NCBI GenBank assembly: GCA_963781885.1
Contig: CAWAHW010000002.1
Location: 960,001-1,024,000 of the forward strand
Direction: 5' to 3'
DNA from: an uncultured Spirochaetota bacterium
GTDB taxonomy: Bacteria; Spirochaetota; Spirochaetia; SZUA-6; Fen-1364
Length of the DNA: 64,000 nt
The notes beneath the pieces are model-generated. The model did not search any database. It was given only the letters and a program-made list of their open reading frames with translations, and had not been told where the DNA came from. Shown piece after piece: positions 9,098 to 19,226 of the stretch. The position numbers were made by a program, and so were the translations under genes. How positions within the stretch are numbered: the stretch's first letter is position 1; every line of letters begins with the position of its first letter.

Positions 9098-9856
9098 TCA
9101 CGCGCCGCTGCCGCCTGCAGCGTCGATCACGTCATCAGCAAGGCGCTTCATGCGCTCCCAGTGGGTTCCCTGCCAATAGAGTTTTGCGCAGCCAGGACAA
9201 CGCGAGAACTGCTCGTGACTGTCGCCGACAAAGGCGGGCAGCATTGTCCGTACGGCGGACTTCTCCACCTTCAGGAGCGGCGTGTTGCAGGACATGCACC
9301 GGCTGAACAGGGAGATGCGCGACGACAGATCGAAACGGCGGATGATCTCCGCCGCCTGGACCCGGGGGATTTCCGAACGGACCAGATAGCCGTGCGTCAC
9401 GGCGCGACGCTTCAGGAGACCCCTGTCCCTGCTGAGCACGATCCTTCTTTCCTGTCGTGCCGCGCGCACCAGCTCGTCATCATCGAGGGCCGTGCGATAC
9501 AGGCAATCGAAACCGAACATGCGCAGCAGCCGCGCAAGCTTCCCGAGGTGCACGTCCAGCGCAAAGCGCGTCTCTCGAAGCGGGACGGGCCGGACCCGGG
9601 AGGTCGGTCCGATGTCGAATGATTCGAAGCGTGGATAGACGCTGACCCGGTCGCCGTCGCCCAGCCGCTCGTCGAAACCGACGGAATGCCCGTTCACCAG
9701 CAGGAGGTCCACCTCCGTGTGAGGCACACCCATGTCTTCGATGATCGATTTCACGGTCGATTCCGGCCTGCACGTCACCTCGAAGTCGCGCTTGCGCCTT
9801 TCCTCCGGGAGAAAATCGTTGAGCTCTTCGTAGAGGCGGAACACGACAGAAGGCAT
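9098..9856 (-). CDS. Mut7-C family protein (ubiquitin-like domain, PIN RNase, Zn ribbon)
   Basis: FRLYEELNDFLP, GVPHTEVDLLLVNG, FALDVHLGKLARLLRMFGFD, SRDRGLL, RCMSCN and CPGCAKLYWQGTH. Confidence 0.92.
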   Translation of the reverse strand: MPSVVFRLYEELNDFLPEERRKRDFEVTCRPESTVKSIIEDMGVPHTEVDLLLVNGHSVGFDERLGDGDRVSVYPRFESFDIGPTSRVRPVPLRETRFALDVHLGKLARLLRMFGFDCLYRTALDDDELVRAARQERRIVLSRDRGLLKRRAVTHGYLVRSEIPRVQAAEIIRRFDLSSRISLFSRCMSCNTPLLKVEKSAVRTMLPAFVGDSHEQFSRCPGCAKLYWQGTHWERMKRLADDVIDAAGGSGA

Positions 9857-9966
9857 GCTATTTCCCCACGACACGAAGCATAACATGCCGCCCCGCCTTG
9901 GCGAAGGGATGCAGCGGCGCTATGCTCGCCGCATCACGCGCAGGGCACTGCGTATGGAGGTCGACC

Positions 9967-12004
9967 ATGATCAATCCGCGGCTTCCCGGTATCTGGTACG
10001 GCGGAGACTGGAACCCCGATCAGTGGCCGCAGGAGACCTGGAAGGACGACATTCGCCTTTTCAAAGAGGCGGGGGTGAATGTCGCGACGCTCCCCGTGTT
10101 CAGCTGGGCGAAACTGCAGCCGGAAGAGGACCGCTATGACTTTTCCTGGCTGGATGCCTTGATGGATCTCCTTGCAGCGAATGAGATCCGCGCCTGTCTT
10201 GCAACATCCACCGCGGCTCAACCGGCCTGGATGTCGAAGAAATACCCGGAAGTTCTTCCCACGGACGCGCGCGGCTTGAAACACGGCCACGGGGGCAGGG
10301 TGAACTTCTGTCCCACGAGCCCCGTTTTCAGGCGGCTCTCGTCCGGTCTGGCGGGCAAGCTTGCAGAACGCTATGCGCATCATCCCGCGCTCCTGGCCTG
10401 GCACGTGGGAAACGAGTACGGCAACTCCGCATCCGTGCACTGCTGGTGCGATGCCTGCGCGGCCGGGTTCCGCGCATGGGTGCAGGCCCGATACGGAACG
10501 CTGGAAGAGCTCAACCGATGCTGGTACACCGGCTTCTGGGGTCATACGCTGGGAAGCTGGGAGGAGGTCGAGCCGCCGAGCGAGGTGAACGGAGAGATCC
10601 TCTGCGCGCATGGCGCCTCTCTGGACTATGACCGATTCATCAACGAGCAGACTCTGGCCTGCTTTCGGGGCGAGCGCGATGCAATCAAGGCGCACAGCCC
10701 GGACGTGCCGGTGACGACGAATCTCATGCATTGCTTCAAGCCCCTGGATTATTTCTCCTGGGCCGAAGAGATGGATGTTGCATCCTGGGACGCCTATCCC
10801 GAGGGGAAGAGCGCCCCGGCGGATTTCGCTCTCTGGCACGACATGGTGCGGAGCCTGAAAAAGGGAGAGCCATTCATCCTGATGGAGCAATCGCCCAACC
10901 AGGTCAACTGGCAGCCGTACAACAACGTGAAAAGGCCGGGCGTCATGCGCCTGTGGAGCATGCAGGCCGTTGCGCACGGCGCGGATGCCGTCATGTTTTT
11001 CCAGCTCCACGCCTCGCGCGGGGGCGCCGAAAAGTTTCATGCCGCGTTGATTCCGCACGACGGCTCATCCGACAACCGGGTCTTCCGTGAATGCACGGCG
11101 CTGGGCAGGGAGCTGGCGGCACTCGGACCCGTCGTCGCGGGCTCTCGGGTGCCGGCCCGCGTGGCCGTGCTTTTCGACTGGGAGGCCTGGTGGGCATCGG
11201 GGCATTCCACCCGGCCCTGCAAGGACATGGCGTACATGGACATGGTGCGCGGCTACTATCGCGCGCTGCATGGGCTGAACATCCCGGTCGATTTCGCACG
11301 GCCGGATTGGGACCTTTCCTCGTACACGATCGTCGTCGCCCCGATGTTGTACCTGATCCGGGCGGCCGTCCGCGACGCGCTTTTCGCCCGCGTGGAGCGG
11401 GGCGGGGTGTTTGTCACCTCGTGCTTCAGCGGCCTGGTCGACGAGCACGACCTTTTCCCGCTGGAGGGATGGCCCGGGCATGCTGGGGAAGCTGCTTGGC
11501 CTGCGCGTCGATGAGATGGACGGCCTGTCTCCCGACCGAAGCAATTCCATCGTGATGAAGGATTCAGGGAAGGGAATGCGGGATCGTTACGGCTGCGCGC
11601 AGCAGTGCGACATCGTGCGGCTTCTGCCCGGCGCCGCGGCGCGTGCGCTGGCAGTTTTCGGAAGCGATTTCTACGCGGGAAGCCCCGTCGTGACGGAAAA
11701 CAGGGTGGGCAAGGGTCTCGCGTACTACATCGCCACGGTGCCCGAGCAGGCCTTTCTCAATGACTTTTTCCAGCAGCTTTGCGCCGCGCACGACGTCGCC
11801 GCGCCCTGCGTCGTTCCTCCCGGCGTGGAGGCGACGCGCCGCGTCAGGGACGGACGCGGGATACTTTTCCTCCTGAATCACAACGAGCGGCAGGCGCGGG
11901 TCGACCTGGGCAAGCATTCGTACGTGGATGCCTCGACTGGATCGCAGCGGACGGGCCGCGTCGATCTTCCCGCAAAAGGCGTGTTGGTGCTGCGGGAGGA
12001 CTGA
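9967..12004 (+). CDS. GH42 beta-galactosidase (~678 aa) with a +1 frameshift at 11476-11478
   Basis: YGGDWNPDQW, FSWAKLQP, WHVGNEY (acid/base), CWCDAC, LMEQ (nucleophile), EKFH. Removing one G gives WPGMLGKLLGLRVDE and joins ORF 11411-12004. Confidence 0.9.
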
Positions 12005-12067
12005 GGAAGCCAGGCCGCAGGGTCTGCCACTGTGCCGAGTCACGCCCTCTTGAGTATACTCACCCCC

Positions 12068-12874
12068 GTGGAAGCGCCTCATACGGACGGTTTTGCTGCA
12101 TCGCTTGCCTCGGTGGGCCTCTCCATCAGGGGCGCGCCGATCCTGCGCGAGGTCACATGGAGCGTCGGTTGGGGAGAGAAGTGGGTGGTGCTGGGCCTGA
12201 ACGGGAGCGGCAAGACGTCTCTCCTGCGCCTGCTCTCTGGATACGGTTATCCATCGCGCGGCACCATGCAGGTGCTCGGCGGCGTATTCGGCAGGTCTGA
12301 CCTTCACGAGATGCGTCGAAGCGTCGGCTGGATCCACGGCGACCTTGCCGCCGATTTCCCCGGGTTCATGAATTGCCGCGAGGTCGTGCTGAGCGGCAAA
12401 AGGGGCAGCATCGCCGTCTATGAGCCCATGAGTGGCGGGGATGAGCGGCAGGTGGATGAATCGCTTGCCGCAATCGGCGCGGGCCACCTGGCCGAGCGCT
12501 TTTTTCCTTCCCTTTCCACGGGGGAGCGCCAACGCGTCCTGATTGCCCGCGCGCTTGCGGCAGAGCCGAAGCTGCTCCTGCTGGACGAGCCGTGCATCGG
12601 CCTGGACCCCCTGGCCCGGGAGGATTTCCTGGCGTCGCTGGAGAGCCTTTTTCGAGCCAGACCGGAGCTCACGGTCGTTGCCGTCACGCACCACGTGGAA
12701 GAGATCGTCGAGGGTTACGAGAAGATGCTCCTGCTGGCGGGGGGCACCGTCGTCGATCAGGGCGGCCGCGAAAGCGTGCTGGCCGGACCCGGCATCCGCC
12801 GCGTCTACGGCGAACGCTGCCGGATCGAGCGCCGCGACGGACGATACGCCATGCACTTCGCGGTGAAGCAATGA
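12068..12874 (+). CDS. Stand-alone ABC ATPase (ModF/YlmA-like)
   Basis: GLNGSGKT, LSTGERQR, LLLDEP and VTHHVEEI. Start uncertain (12032 or 12068). Confidence 0.85.
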   Translation: MEAPHTDGFAASLASVGLSIRGAPILREVTWSVGWGEKWVVLGLNGSGKTSLLRLLSGYGYPSRGTMQVLGGVFGRSDLHEMRRSVGWIHGDLAADFPGFMNCREVVLSGKRGSIAVYEPMSGGDERQVDESLAAIGAGHLAERFFPSLSTGERQRVLIARALAAEPKLLLLDEPCIGLDPLAREDFLASLESLFRARPELTVVAVTHHVEEIVEGYEKMLLLAGGTVVDQGGRESVLAGPGIRRVYGERCRIERRDGRYAMHFAVKQ

Positions 12875-13320
12875 TTGACCGCAAGCCGGTGACGCAGAAG
12901 CTCGTCCGCGCGCGCGACGTCTTCTACACGGTGAGCTGGTCGCGGCTGCGCAAGGCCGACAAGTACGAAATCGTCAAGTCGGTTCCCTCCGAGGCGGGCA
13001 TCTACGAGCTTTACTACATGGACGACTGGCAGAAGCTCTGTCTCTTCCACGTCGGCAAGTCCTGGTACGGGGGGCTTCGAAACGAGATACGCGCGCGGAC
13101 GGACATCGAGCTTGAGACTGACAAGAAGCGGAAGGCCATCCTCGACGAGCATGACTGCTGGTACCGGTGGTCGCTGCTCAGCAACAGTGACGACATGGCG
13201 GACGTGCTTTTCTTCTTCGCCCAGACCTACCTGCCCGGCATCATGAGCGTCCATCATTCGGGCCGCTACGACAGGGTGTTCGTCAAGGAGAACGACGCGG
13301 ACAAGATCGTGACGGTCTGA
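12871..13320 (+). CDS. Hypothetical protein with a GIY-YIG-like motif
   Basis: ATGA-coupled to the ATPase. VPSEAGIYELYY...LFHVGKS..GLR resembles the GIY-YIG core. Confidence 0.7.
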   Translation: MIDRKPVTQKLVRARDVFYTVSWSRLRKADKYEIVKSVPSEAGIYELYYMDDWQKLCLFHVGKSWYGGLRNEIRARTDIELETDKKRKAILDEHDCWYRWSLLSNSDDMADVLFFFAQTYLPGIMSVHHSGRYDRVFVKENDADKIVTV

Positions 13321-13360
13321 GGGCCGCCGCAACAGCCAGGAGATGCGCCCGGGTGCGGCC

Positions 13361-13781
13361 TCAGAATTGCCCCAGCTTCTCCACCATTTGCTTGATGCGC
13401 TTTGCCAGGGAAATGAGCAAGCCGCCGCGTCCACAGGGGGCTTGCGCTGTAGATGTCGGCGAAATTCTCCTTGGTGAACTCCAGCGCGTGCAGGTCCCCC
13501 TTGGCAATCACGGTGGCGGAGCGGACCGACTTGTCGAAGAAGCTCATCTCGCCGATCAGCTCGCCCTTTCCGAGCGTTGCCAGAACCTTGTATTTTTCGC
13601 CCATCCTGCGGGTGATGTAGACCTCACCCTCCATGATCCAGAATATCTTCTGCTGGATGTCGCCCTCGCGGATGAGGATCTGCTTGTCCTTGAATCGTCG
13701 GCCGAACCGGGCGATGACCGATTCGTCCAGCGCCTCCTCGGCCTGGAAGGCGATTTTCATGATCTCGTTGTAAGCATCCAT
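13361..13781 (-). CDS. Stand-alone cyclic-nucleotide-binding domain protein (~139 aa) with a +1 frameshift near 13419-13421
   Basis: ILIREGD, IMEGEV, GELIGEMSFFDKSVRSATV. Removing one base gives ...WTRRLLISLAKRIKQMVEKLGQF* ending at 13361. Confidence 0.82.
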
Positions 13782-14188
13782 CAGCGGCTCCCCGCTTCCA
13801 GGACGCCCAGCTTCTCGCCGAATTCGGCGTTGAGAATGCGAAGCTCGCGGGTGAGTCCCGTCGTCGCCAGGAGGGCGAGCTCCCAGGAGACGCCGGCGGC
13901 CGTAAAAAAGCCCTCGAGGTCCCAGCGGTAGAGTATCGTCCGTTCCATCGCCTGCGTGATGCAGAGGCGCTTGCATTCTGCCAGGGGCTCGATCAGGCCG
14001 AATACGCCGTCCGGCGGCACCCAGAGAGTGAAATTCGAATCCCGAAGCGCATAGCTCACCTTGATGAGCCCGGCGATCACGTAGAAGACTGGTTTGTCGC
14101 CCGCGGCGTCACCGATCTTGTAGATCAGGCTTCGTGATGCGAACGAGGTTTCCTCGCCGTATTGAAGATATTTGGGAAGAATCTCCAT
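13781..14188 (-). CDS. Stand-alone degenerate cNMP-binding (Crp N-terminal-like) domain protein
   Basis: IYKIGD, VFYVIAGLIKV, PDGVFGLIE and a C-helix; TGATG-coupled to the next gene. Confidence 0.75.
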   Translation of the reverse strand: MEILPKYLQYGEETSFASRSLIYKIGDAAGDKPVFYVIAGLIKVSYALRDSNFTLWVPPDGVFGLIEPLAECKRLCITQAMERTILYRWDLEGFFTAAGVSWELALLATTGLTRELRILNAEFGEKLGVLEAGSR

Positions 14189-14224
14189 ATCCTATGAATT
14201 CTTCGACATTTTGCGCGCTTTTTA

Positions 14225-14253
14225 TTGAATTCTTTTCACTATTTGTCTATACT
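14225..14253 (+). promoter_or_regulatory. Putative sigma70 promoter of galK-surE-TPR
   Basis: TTGAAT-17 nt-TATACT in an AT-rich divergent intergenic region. Confidence 0.6.
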
Positions 14254-14292
14254 GGCGCAACCCTCGAAACGCACCATCTGCGGGAGACATTA

Positions 14293-15456
14293 ATGGATCC
14301 AGTGAAGCAAAGCCATGTCGAGGAATACGGCAAGGCACCCGAGATAGTCGCATCGGCCCCGGGCCGGGTGAATCTCATCGGGGAGCACACCGATTACAAC
14401 GACGGCTTTGTATTTCCCATGGCCATTGATTTCACCGTGCGTGTGGCGATCACCCGGCGCAAGGACACGCACCTGCGTTTCTATTCCGTGGACTACAAGG
14501 ATCGAAAACGCGCCACGCTCCCCACGCTGCGCTATCGCAAGGAAGACCGGTGGGCCAACTACCCCAAGGGCATCATCTCCGAATTCCTCGAGCGCGGACA
14601 TCCCCTGGGCGGCATGGACATCACCATACACGGCGACATTCCGCAGGGAGCAGGTCTTTCTTCCTCCGCGGCGCTGGAGGTGGCCACGGCGCTCGCCATC
14701 CAGGACCTCTACGGCATCGAAATCGGGAGGGAAGAGCTCGCGAAGCTCGCCCAGAAGGCCGAAAATGAGTTCGTGGGGATCAGAAGCGGGATCATGGACC
14801 AGTTCATCTCCCGGCTGGCCAAGGAGGGGCATGCCATGCTCCTCGACACCCGGCTTCTCGCCTATCACTACGTGCCGCTGTCCCTGAAGGGAGTGAAGAT
14901 ACTCATCACGAACTCGAAGGTGCCGCGCGTCCTGGCCGATTCGGAATACGCCCGGCGCCGCGAGGAGTGCCGTCTCTGCGTCGAGCTTCTTTCCGCGAAG
15001 AAACCGGGGACCGCGCTGCGGGACTATACGGCTACCGACGTGCGGGACAGCATGGGCCTCATTCCCGAGGCCACGCGCAAGAAATGCCTCCACGTGGTGG
15101 AAGAAAATCAGCGCGTCCTGGAGGCTGAGGAGGCGCTGCGGAAAAAGGACCTCCCGTCCTTCGGCAAGCTCATGAACAGGTCCCACGAGAGCCTCCGCGA
15201 TCTCTACGAGGTTTCCTGTCCCGAGCTGGACTGGCTGGTGAAGCGGGCATGGGAGACGGAAGGCGTCTACGGCTCCCGTCTCACGGGCGCGGGTTTCGGG
15301 GGCTGCACCGTCACCCTGATCGAGGAAGATGCCATCCCCCTGTACAAGGAGCACATCGTCCAGTACGAGCGCATCTTCGGGTTCCGGCCCGAGCTGTACG
15401 TCTGCAAGCCGTCGGCGGGCGCGCGCATCGTGGAGAACAGGGTCCAGAGCGCATGA
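14293..15456 (+). CDS. galK: Galactokinase
   Basis: APGRVNLIGEHTDYNDG, PQGAGLSSSAA, GIMDQ and GSRLTGAGFGGC. Confidence 0.95.
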   Translation: MDPVKQSHVEEYGKAPEIVASAPGRVNLIGEHTDYNDGFVFPMAIDFTVRVAITRRKDTHLRFYSVDYKDRKRATLPTLRYRKEDRWANYPKGIISEFLERGHPLGGMDITIHGDIPQGAGLSSSAALEVATALAIQDLYGIEIGREELAKLAQKAENEFVGIRSGIMDQFISRLAKEGHAMLLDTRLLAYHYVPLSLKGVKILITNSKVPRVLADSEYARRREECRLCVELLSAKKPGTALRDYTATDVRDSMGLIPEATRKKCLHVVEENQRVLEAEEALRKKDLPSFGKLMNRSHESLRDLYEVSCPELDWLVKRAWETEGVYGSRLTGAGFGGCTVTLIEEDAIPLYKEHIVQYERIFGFRPELYVCKPSAGARIVENRVQSA

Positions 15457-16196
15457 GAATACTTCTCACGAATGACGACGGCATCCGAAGCGACGGGATA
15501 AGGGCCCTGATCGCCGCCCTTTCTGCCGCCCACGACGTCTGGGTCGTTGCCCCGGAAACGGAGAAGAGCGGCGGCTCCCACTCCATCACCCTCCATGACG
15601 CCTTGCGCGTCCGCAGGATCTCCGAGCGGCAGCTCTCCTGCCGGGGGACGCCGGCGGATTGCATCATGGTGGGGTTGCTCGGTCTCGTGCCGTCACCCGT
15701 CGATATCGTCATTTCCGGCATCAACCACGGCCCCAATCTCGGCACCGACATCCTGTACTCCGGCACGGCGGCCGGGGCCCGGCAGGGCACGCTCATGGGC
15801 GTTCCCTCGGTGGCATTGTCGGCGGGGAGCCACCGGCCGCCATTCGATTTCGAGGCTGCCGCGGATTTTGCCGCGCGCAACCTGGAGATATTCCGGGAGC
15901 TGGGCACCGACGATCATTTCCTGAACATCAACTTTCCGGCATCGGGCGCCCGCGACGCGGAGACTGAGATCACGTTTCCGTCGCGCAGAATCTACAGCTA
16001 CCGGCTGCATACGTACGACGCGCCGGACGGCGACTGCTACTGCTTCATGGGCGGGGAGCTTCCCTCGGCGCTCCCCGAGGACGGTTCCGATTCGATGGTC
16101 GTTTCGCAGGGACGGATCTCGATCTCGCCCATTCACGCGCACCCGCGCAACTGGGCGTCCATCGAGGAAAGCTACAGAGGGGTGCGATTCCGATGA
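15453..16196 (+). CDS. surE: 5'/3'-nucleotidase SurE
   Basis: MRILLTNDDG, GTPADC and SGINHGPNLGTDILYSGT. Confidence 0.95.
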   Translation: MRILLTNDDGIRSDGIRALIAALSAAHDVWVVAPETEKSGGSHSITLHDALRVRRISERQLSCRGTPADCIMVGLLGLVPSPVDIVISGINHGPNLGTDILYSGTAAGARQGTLMGVPSVALSAGSHRPPFDFEAAADFAARNLEIFRELGTDDHFLNINFPASGARDAETEITFPSRRIYSYRLHTYDAPDGDCYCFMGGELPSALPEDGSDSMVVSQGRISISPIHAHPRNWASIEESYRGVRFR

Positions 16197-16885
16197 ATGA
16201 CCGGCTCGAGCGCGCGGTGAAGCTGTATCATGCCCACAGGTTCGACCAGGCGCTGGAGGAGTTGGGCGTGCTGGCAAAGGAATCCGAGCCGTCGCCCGAG
16301 ATCGACTACTACGTTGGTCTCTCCCTTACGCAGATCGGCCGGCACGAGGAGGCGCTGCTCGCCCTGGAGAAGGTGGTCAATTCCCACTTCAGCTTCCTCC
16401 ACATCATGCAAGCCCGCATGGTCCTGGGCTACATCTACTCCGTGACCGGACGTTTCCGCCTGGCCGAGTTCGAGTTCAACAAGGTCAACGAGATGGGCCT
16501 CCAGTCCTCGCAGGCCATGGCCGCCCTGGGGTATGTCTACTATGCCCAGAAGCGGGTCCCGGAGAGCATCGAGATGCTGTCCAAAGCCCTGGAGCTGGAG
16601 CCGCGAAATCCCAATGCCCTCAACTCGCTGGGTTTCATCTACGCGGAGGAAAAGCTCGACATCGGCAAGGCCGTCCAGCTCTGCCGCCAGGCCGTGGAGA
16701 TCGCCCCGCGCAATGCGGCCTACCTGGACTCCCTGGGATGGGCCTATTACCGACAGGGCAGCTTCGCCGAGGCAAAAGTTCATTTCCGACGCGCTTTGGA
16801 TCTCGCGCCGGGCAACAAGGAAATCGCCCAGCACATGAAGGCCTGCCTCGACGCCCTGAAAGACGTTTCCACCCCGCCGCGTTAA
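16193..16885 (+). CDS. Tetratricopeptide repeat protein
   Basis: Several TPR units (NPNALNSLG, NAAYLDSLGWAYY); ATGA-coupled to surE. Confidence 0.9.
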   Translation: MNDRLERAVKLYHAHRFDQALEELGVLAKESEPSPEIDYYVGLSLTQIGRHEEALLALEKVVNSHFSFLHIMQARMVLGYIYSVTGRFRLAEFEFNKVNEMGLQSSQAMAALGYVYYAQKRVPESIEMLSKALELEPRNPNALNSLGFIYAEEKLDIGKAVQLCRQAVEIAPRNAAYLDSLGWAYYRQGSFAEAKVHFRRALDLAPGNKEIAQHMKACLDALKDVSTPPR

Positions 16886-16969
16886 CCCTTCCGGAGCACC
16901 TTTTTGCGACGAATTTTCGCACTTATCCTGCATACCGGTCGTGTCGAGAATGAAAACAGGAGTGAGCCA

Positions 16970-17131
16970 ATGAAGGTAGATAGCGTTGCTCTTCCTACCG
17001 TACCGATTGCACAGACCGCTGACATGCCGATCATCAACGTGGATGACATCAAGACAATCCTGTACCTCGGTATCAAGGGAGAGATCAAGCTCGACACGGG
17101 CAACAAGCACACGGTAGATACGTACGCCTGA
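16970..17131 (+). CDS. Small hypothetical protein (53 aa)
   Basis: AGGAG RBS, typical codon usage, ends ...KHTVDTYA*. Confidence 0.7.
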   Translation: MKVDSVALPTVPIAQTADMPIINVDDIKTILYLGIKGEIKLDTGNKHTVDTYA

Positions 17132-17150
17132 TTTTCCTATACTCGGTTGC

Positions 17151-19175
17151 GTGAAACTGCGACCGCTTCTCGTCCTCTTCCTGTGTGCCCTGCCCGCGCT
17201 GCTTCCCGCCCAGGCAATCGATTACAACGCCGCACAATCCTCTGAGCAGCTTCGCGCCGGCGTCCAGGCGTTCCATCGCGGTTTCTACAACGACGCCTGG
17301 ACATCGCTCGAAAAGGCCATCAGCTACCAGCCGAAGAACTCACTCGCCCAGACATGGCTCGGCCGCGCCCAGTGGAAGGCCGGCTACGAGCAGGAGGCCA
17401 TCCGCACCTGGCAGCAGCTCCTGGATACCGGGGGGGGCGGAGCGCTGATCCGGGACTGGATCGGGGTCCTCAACTTCCGCCGGGGACTCGGCCGGGAGCT
17501 CTCGGGAAAGCCGACCTGGGTCGTCACCGCGCAGCTCGACGGCACGCTCACCGGTGGCTACCAGTTCCGCAGGCCCACGAGCGTCAAGCCGCGCGCCAAC
17601 GGCAGTTTCTGGGTCGTCGCATTCGGCTCCAACGAGGTCCTCCGCTTCGATCCCAATTTCCGTCTCCTCGATTCGTTCCGCGGCGGGCTCGCCGGGTTCG
17701 ACCGGCCTTACGACGTGGTCGAGGCGGACGACGGCTCGTTCTTCGTCTCGGAGTACGGCGCGAACCGCATCGCGAAGTGCGACGCGAAAGGGGAAAAGGT
17801 CTCGACATTTGGCACCAAGGGCCGGGGCGACGGCCAGCTCCTCGGCCCGCAGTACATGACCCTCGACTCGCGCGGATACCTGTGGGTGACGGACTGGGGA
17901 AACTCCCGCGTCGTCCGTTTCGGCGCCGACGGAAGCTTCATCCAGTCGATTGCCGGCATTCGTGGGCCCACGGGCATCGCCGCCGGCGGGGACAAGCTGT
18001 ACGTCTCCGAGCAGGCGGGCAAGCGCATCCTGGTCTATGACCTGAACGGCAACCCACTCGACACGCGGGGCGAGGGAACGCTCACGCAACCGGAGGGCTT
18101 GAGCTTCACGGCGTCGGGCACGCTCCTTGTCGCGGACGGCAACAGGATCATGGAGTGCGACCTGGACCGCGATGTCTGGACGGTGCGGGGGGACACCAGC
18201 GCGCAGACGCGCAAGCTCGTGCAGCAAGCCGTCACGCCCAACGGCGACATCCTCGGCGTCGATTTCGACCAGAGCCGGATCGTGCTCCTCTCCGACACGG
18301 CCTCGCTCTACGGAGGGCTCGTCGTGCGGGTGGACCGCGTGAACTCCGTGCAGTTCCCCGTCGTCATCGCCGATATCGCGGTGGAAAACAGATTCGGCAC
18401 GCCCGTCGTGGGGCTGGGCATCGACAACTTCACGGTGACCGAGGCGAGCGCAGGCGTGGCGTCCCCGGTCCTCGTGCAGGCCAATACGAACGTGAAAGCC
18501 TTCGACGTCTCGCTCGTCGTGGAGAGGTCGCCCGAGTTCGAAGCCTACCGGCAGGACGCGGTGAAGGCTGTCGCCGATCTCTACGGCCTGGTCACGCAGG
18601 GGGGGAGGATCAAGGCGGTCTCCGCCGGCGAGCGGCCGGTGCGGGAGGCGGACTTCGGCGAGACCCGGCTGCGTTTCGTGAACCAGGCGCTCCAGTCCGC
18701 CCCGTCGGCAAAGTGGAGATTCGACCTTGCCGCCCGATTCGCCGGCGACGAGCTCATCACCTCGCCGACGAGCGGCAAGCGGGCGATCGTCTTCTTCACG
18801 ACCGGTTCCCTGGGCAGCACCCCGTTCGGGACCTATTCGCTCCTGGAGCTTGCGGCGTATCTGCGGAACAGCTCCATCGCCTTCTATCCCGTGGTCTTCG
18901 GCAGCGGAACGCCGGACGAGCAGCTTGGCTACCTTGCCTCCGCCACGGGGGGACGGCTGTACGCGGTCACCTCCCCGGGGGGCATGCAGGAGGTGGTGGG
19001 CGACATCCGCAGCCGGGTGGGCTCCGTGTACACGATCCGTTACAGGTCGCCGACGCCGCCGGATTTCGGCGATCGCTACATCCCGCTGGAGATACAGGTC
19101 ATCGTCCAGCGCGTCAGCGGAAGGGACGAGGCGGGCTATTACGCTCCGACGACGGCCGGAACCGTCGAGAAATAA
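17151..19175 (+). CDS. Secreted TPR + NHL-repeat (beta-propeller) + VWA-like protein
   Basis: Signal peptide, N-terminal TPR, NHL repeats (GDGQLLGPQYMTLDSRGYLWVTDWGNSRV) and a C-terminal VWA-like region (RAIVFFT...LASATGG). Confidence 0.85.
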   Translation: MKLRPLLVLFLCALPALLPAQAIDYNAAQSSEQLRAGVQAFHRGFYNDAWTSLEKAISYQPKNSLAQTWLGRAQWKAGYEQEAIRTWQQLLDTGGGGALIRDWIGVLNFRRGLGRELSGKPTWVVTAQLDGTLTGGYQFRRPTSVKPRANGSFWVVAFGSNEVLRFDPNFRLLDSFRGGLAGFDRPYDVVEADDGSFFVSEYGANRIAKCDAKGEKVSTFGTKGRGDGQLLGPQYMTLDSRGYLWVTDWGNSRVVRFGADGSFIQSIAGIRGPTGIAAGGDKLYVSEQAGKRILVYDLNGNPLDTRGEGTLTQPEGLSFTASGTLLVADGNRIMECDLDRDVWTVRGDTSAQTRKLVQQAVTPNGDILGVDFDQSRIVLLSDTASLYGGLVVRVDRVNSVQFPVVIADIAVENRFGTPVVGLGIDNFTVTEASAGVASPVLVQANTNVKAFDVSLVVERSPEFEAYRQDAVKAVADLYGLVTQGGRIKAVSAGERPVREADFGETRLRFVNQALQSAPSAKWRFDLAARFAGDELITSPTSGKRAIVFFTTGSLGSTPFGTYSLLELAAYLRNSSIAFYPVVFGSGTPDEQLGYLASATGGRLYAVTSPGGMQEVVGDIRSRVGSVYTIRYRSPTPPDFGDRYIPLEIQVIVQRVSGRDEAGYYAPTTAGTVEK

Positions 19176-19206
19176 AAAGGAGCATCGGCGGCGCCGTGCT
19201 CCTTTT
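19175..19206. terminator. Bidirectional intrinsic terminator between convergent genes
   Basis: AAAAGGAGCA-TCGGCGGCGCCG-TGCTCCTTTT inverted repeat with A and T tails. Confidence 0.8.
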
Positions 19207-19226
19207 CGCGGATTCCCGGGATCGTG

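Noticed and set aside
11461-11514. Programmed ribosomal frameshift in GH42 or the other +1 genes
   Set aside because: No slippery heptamer or stimulatory structure; a single-base sequencing insertion is simpler.
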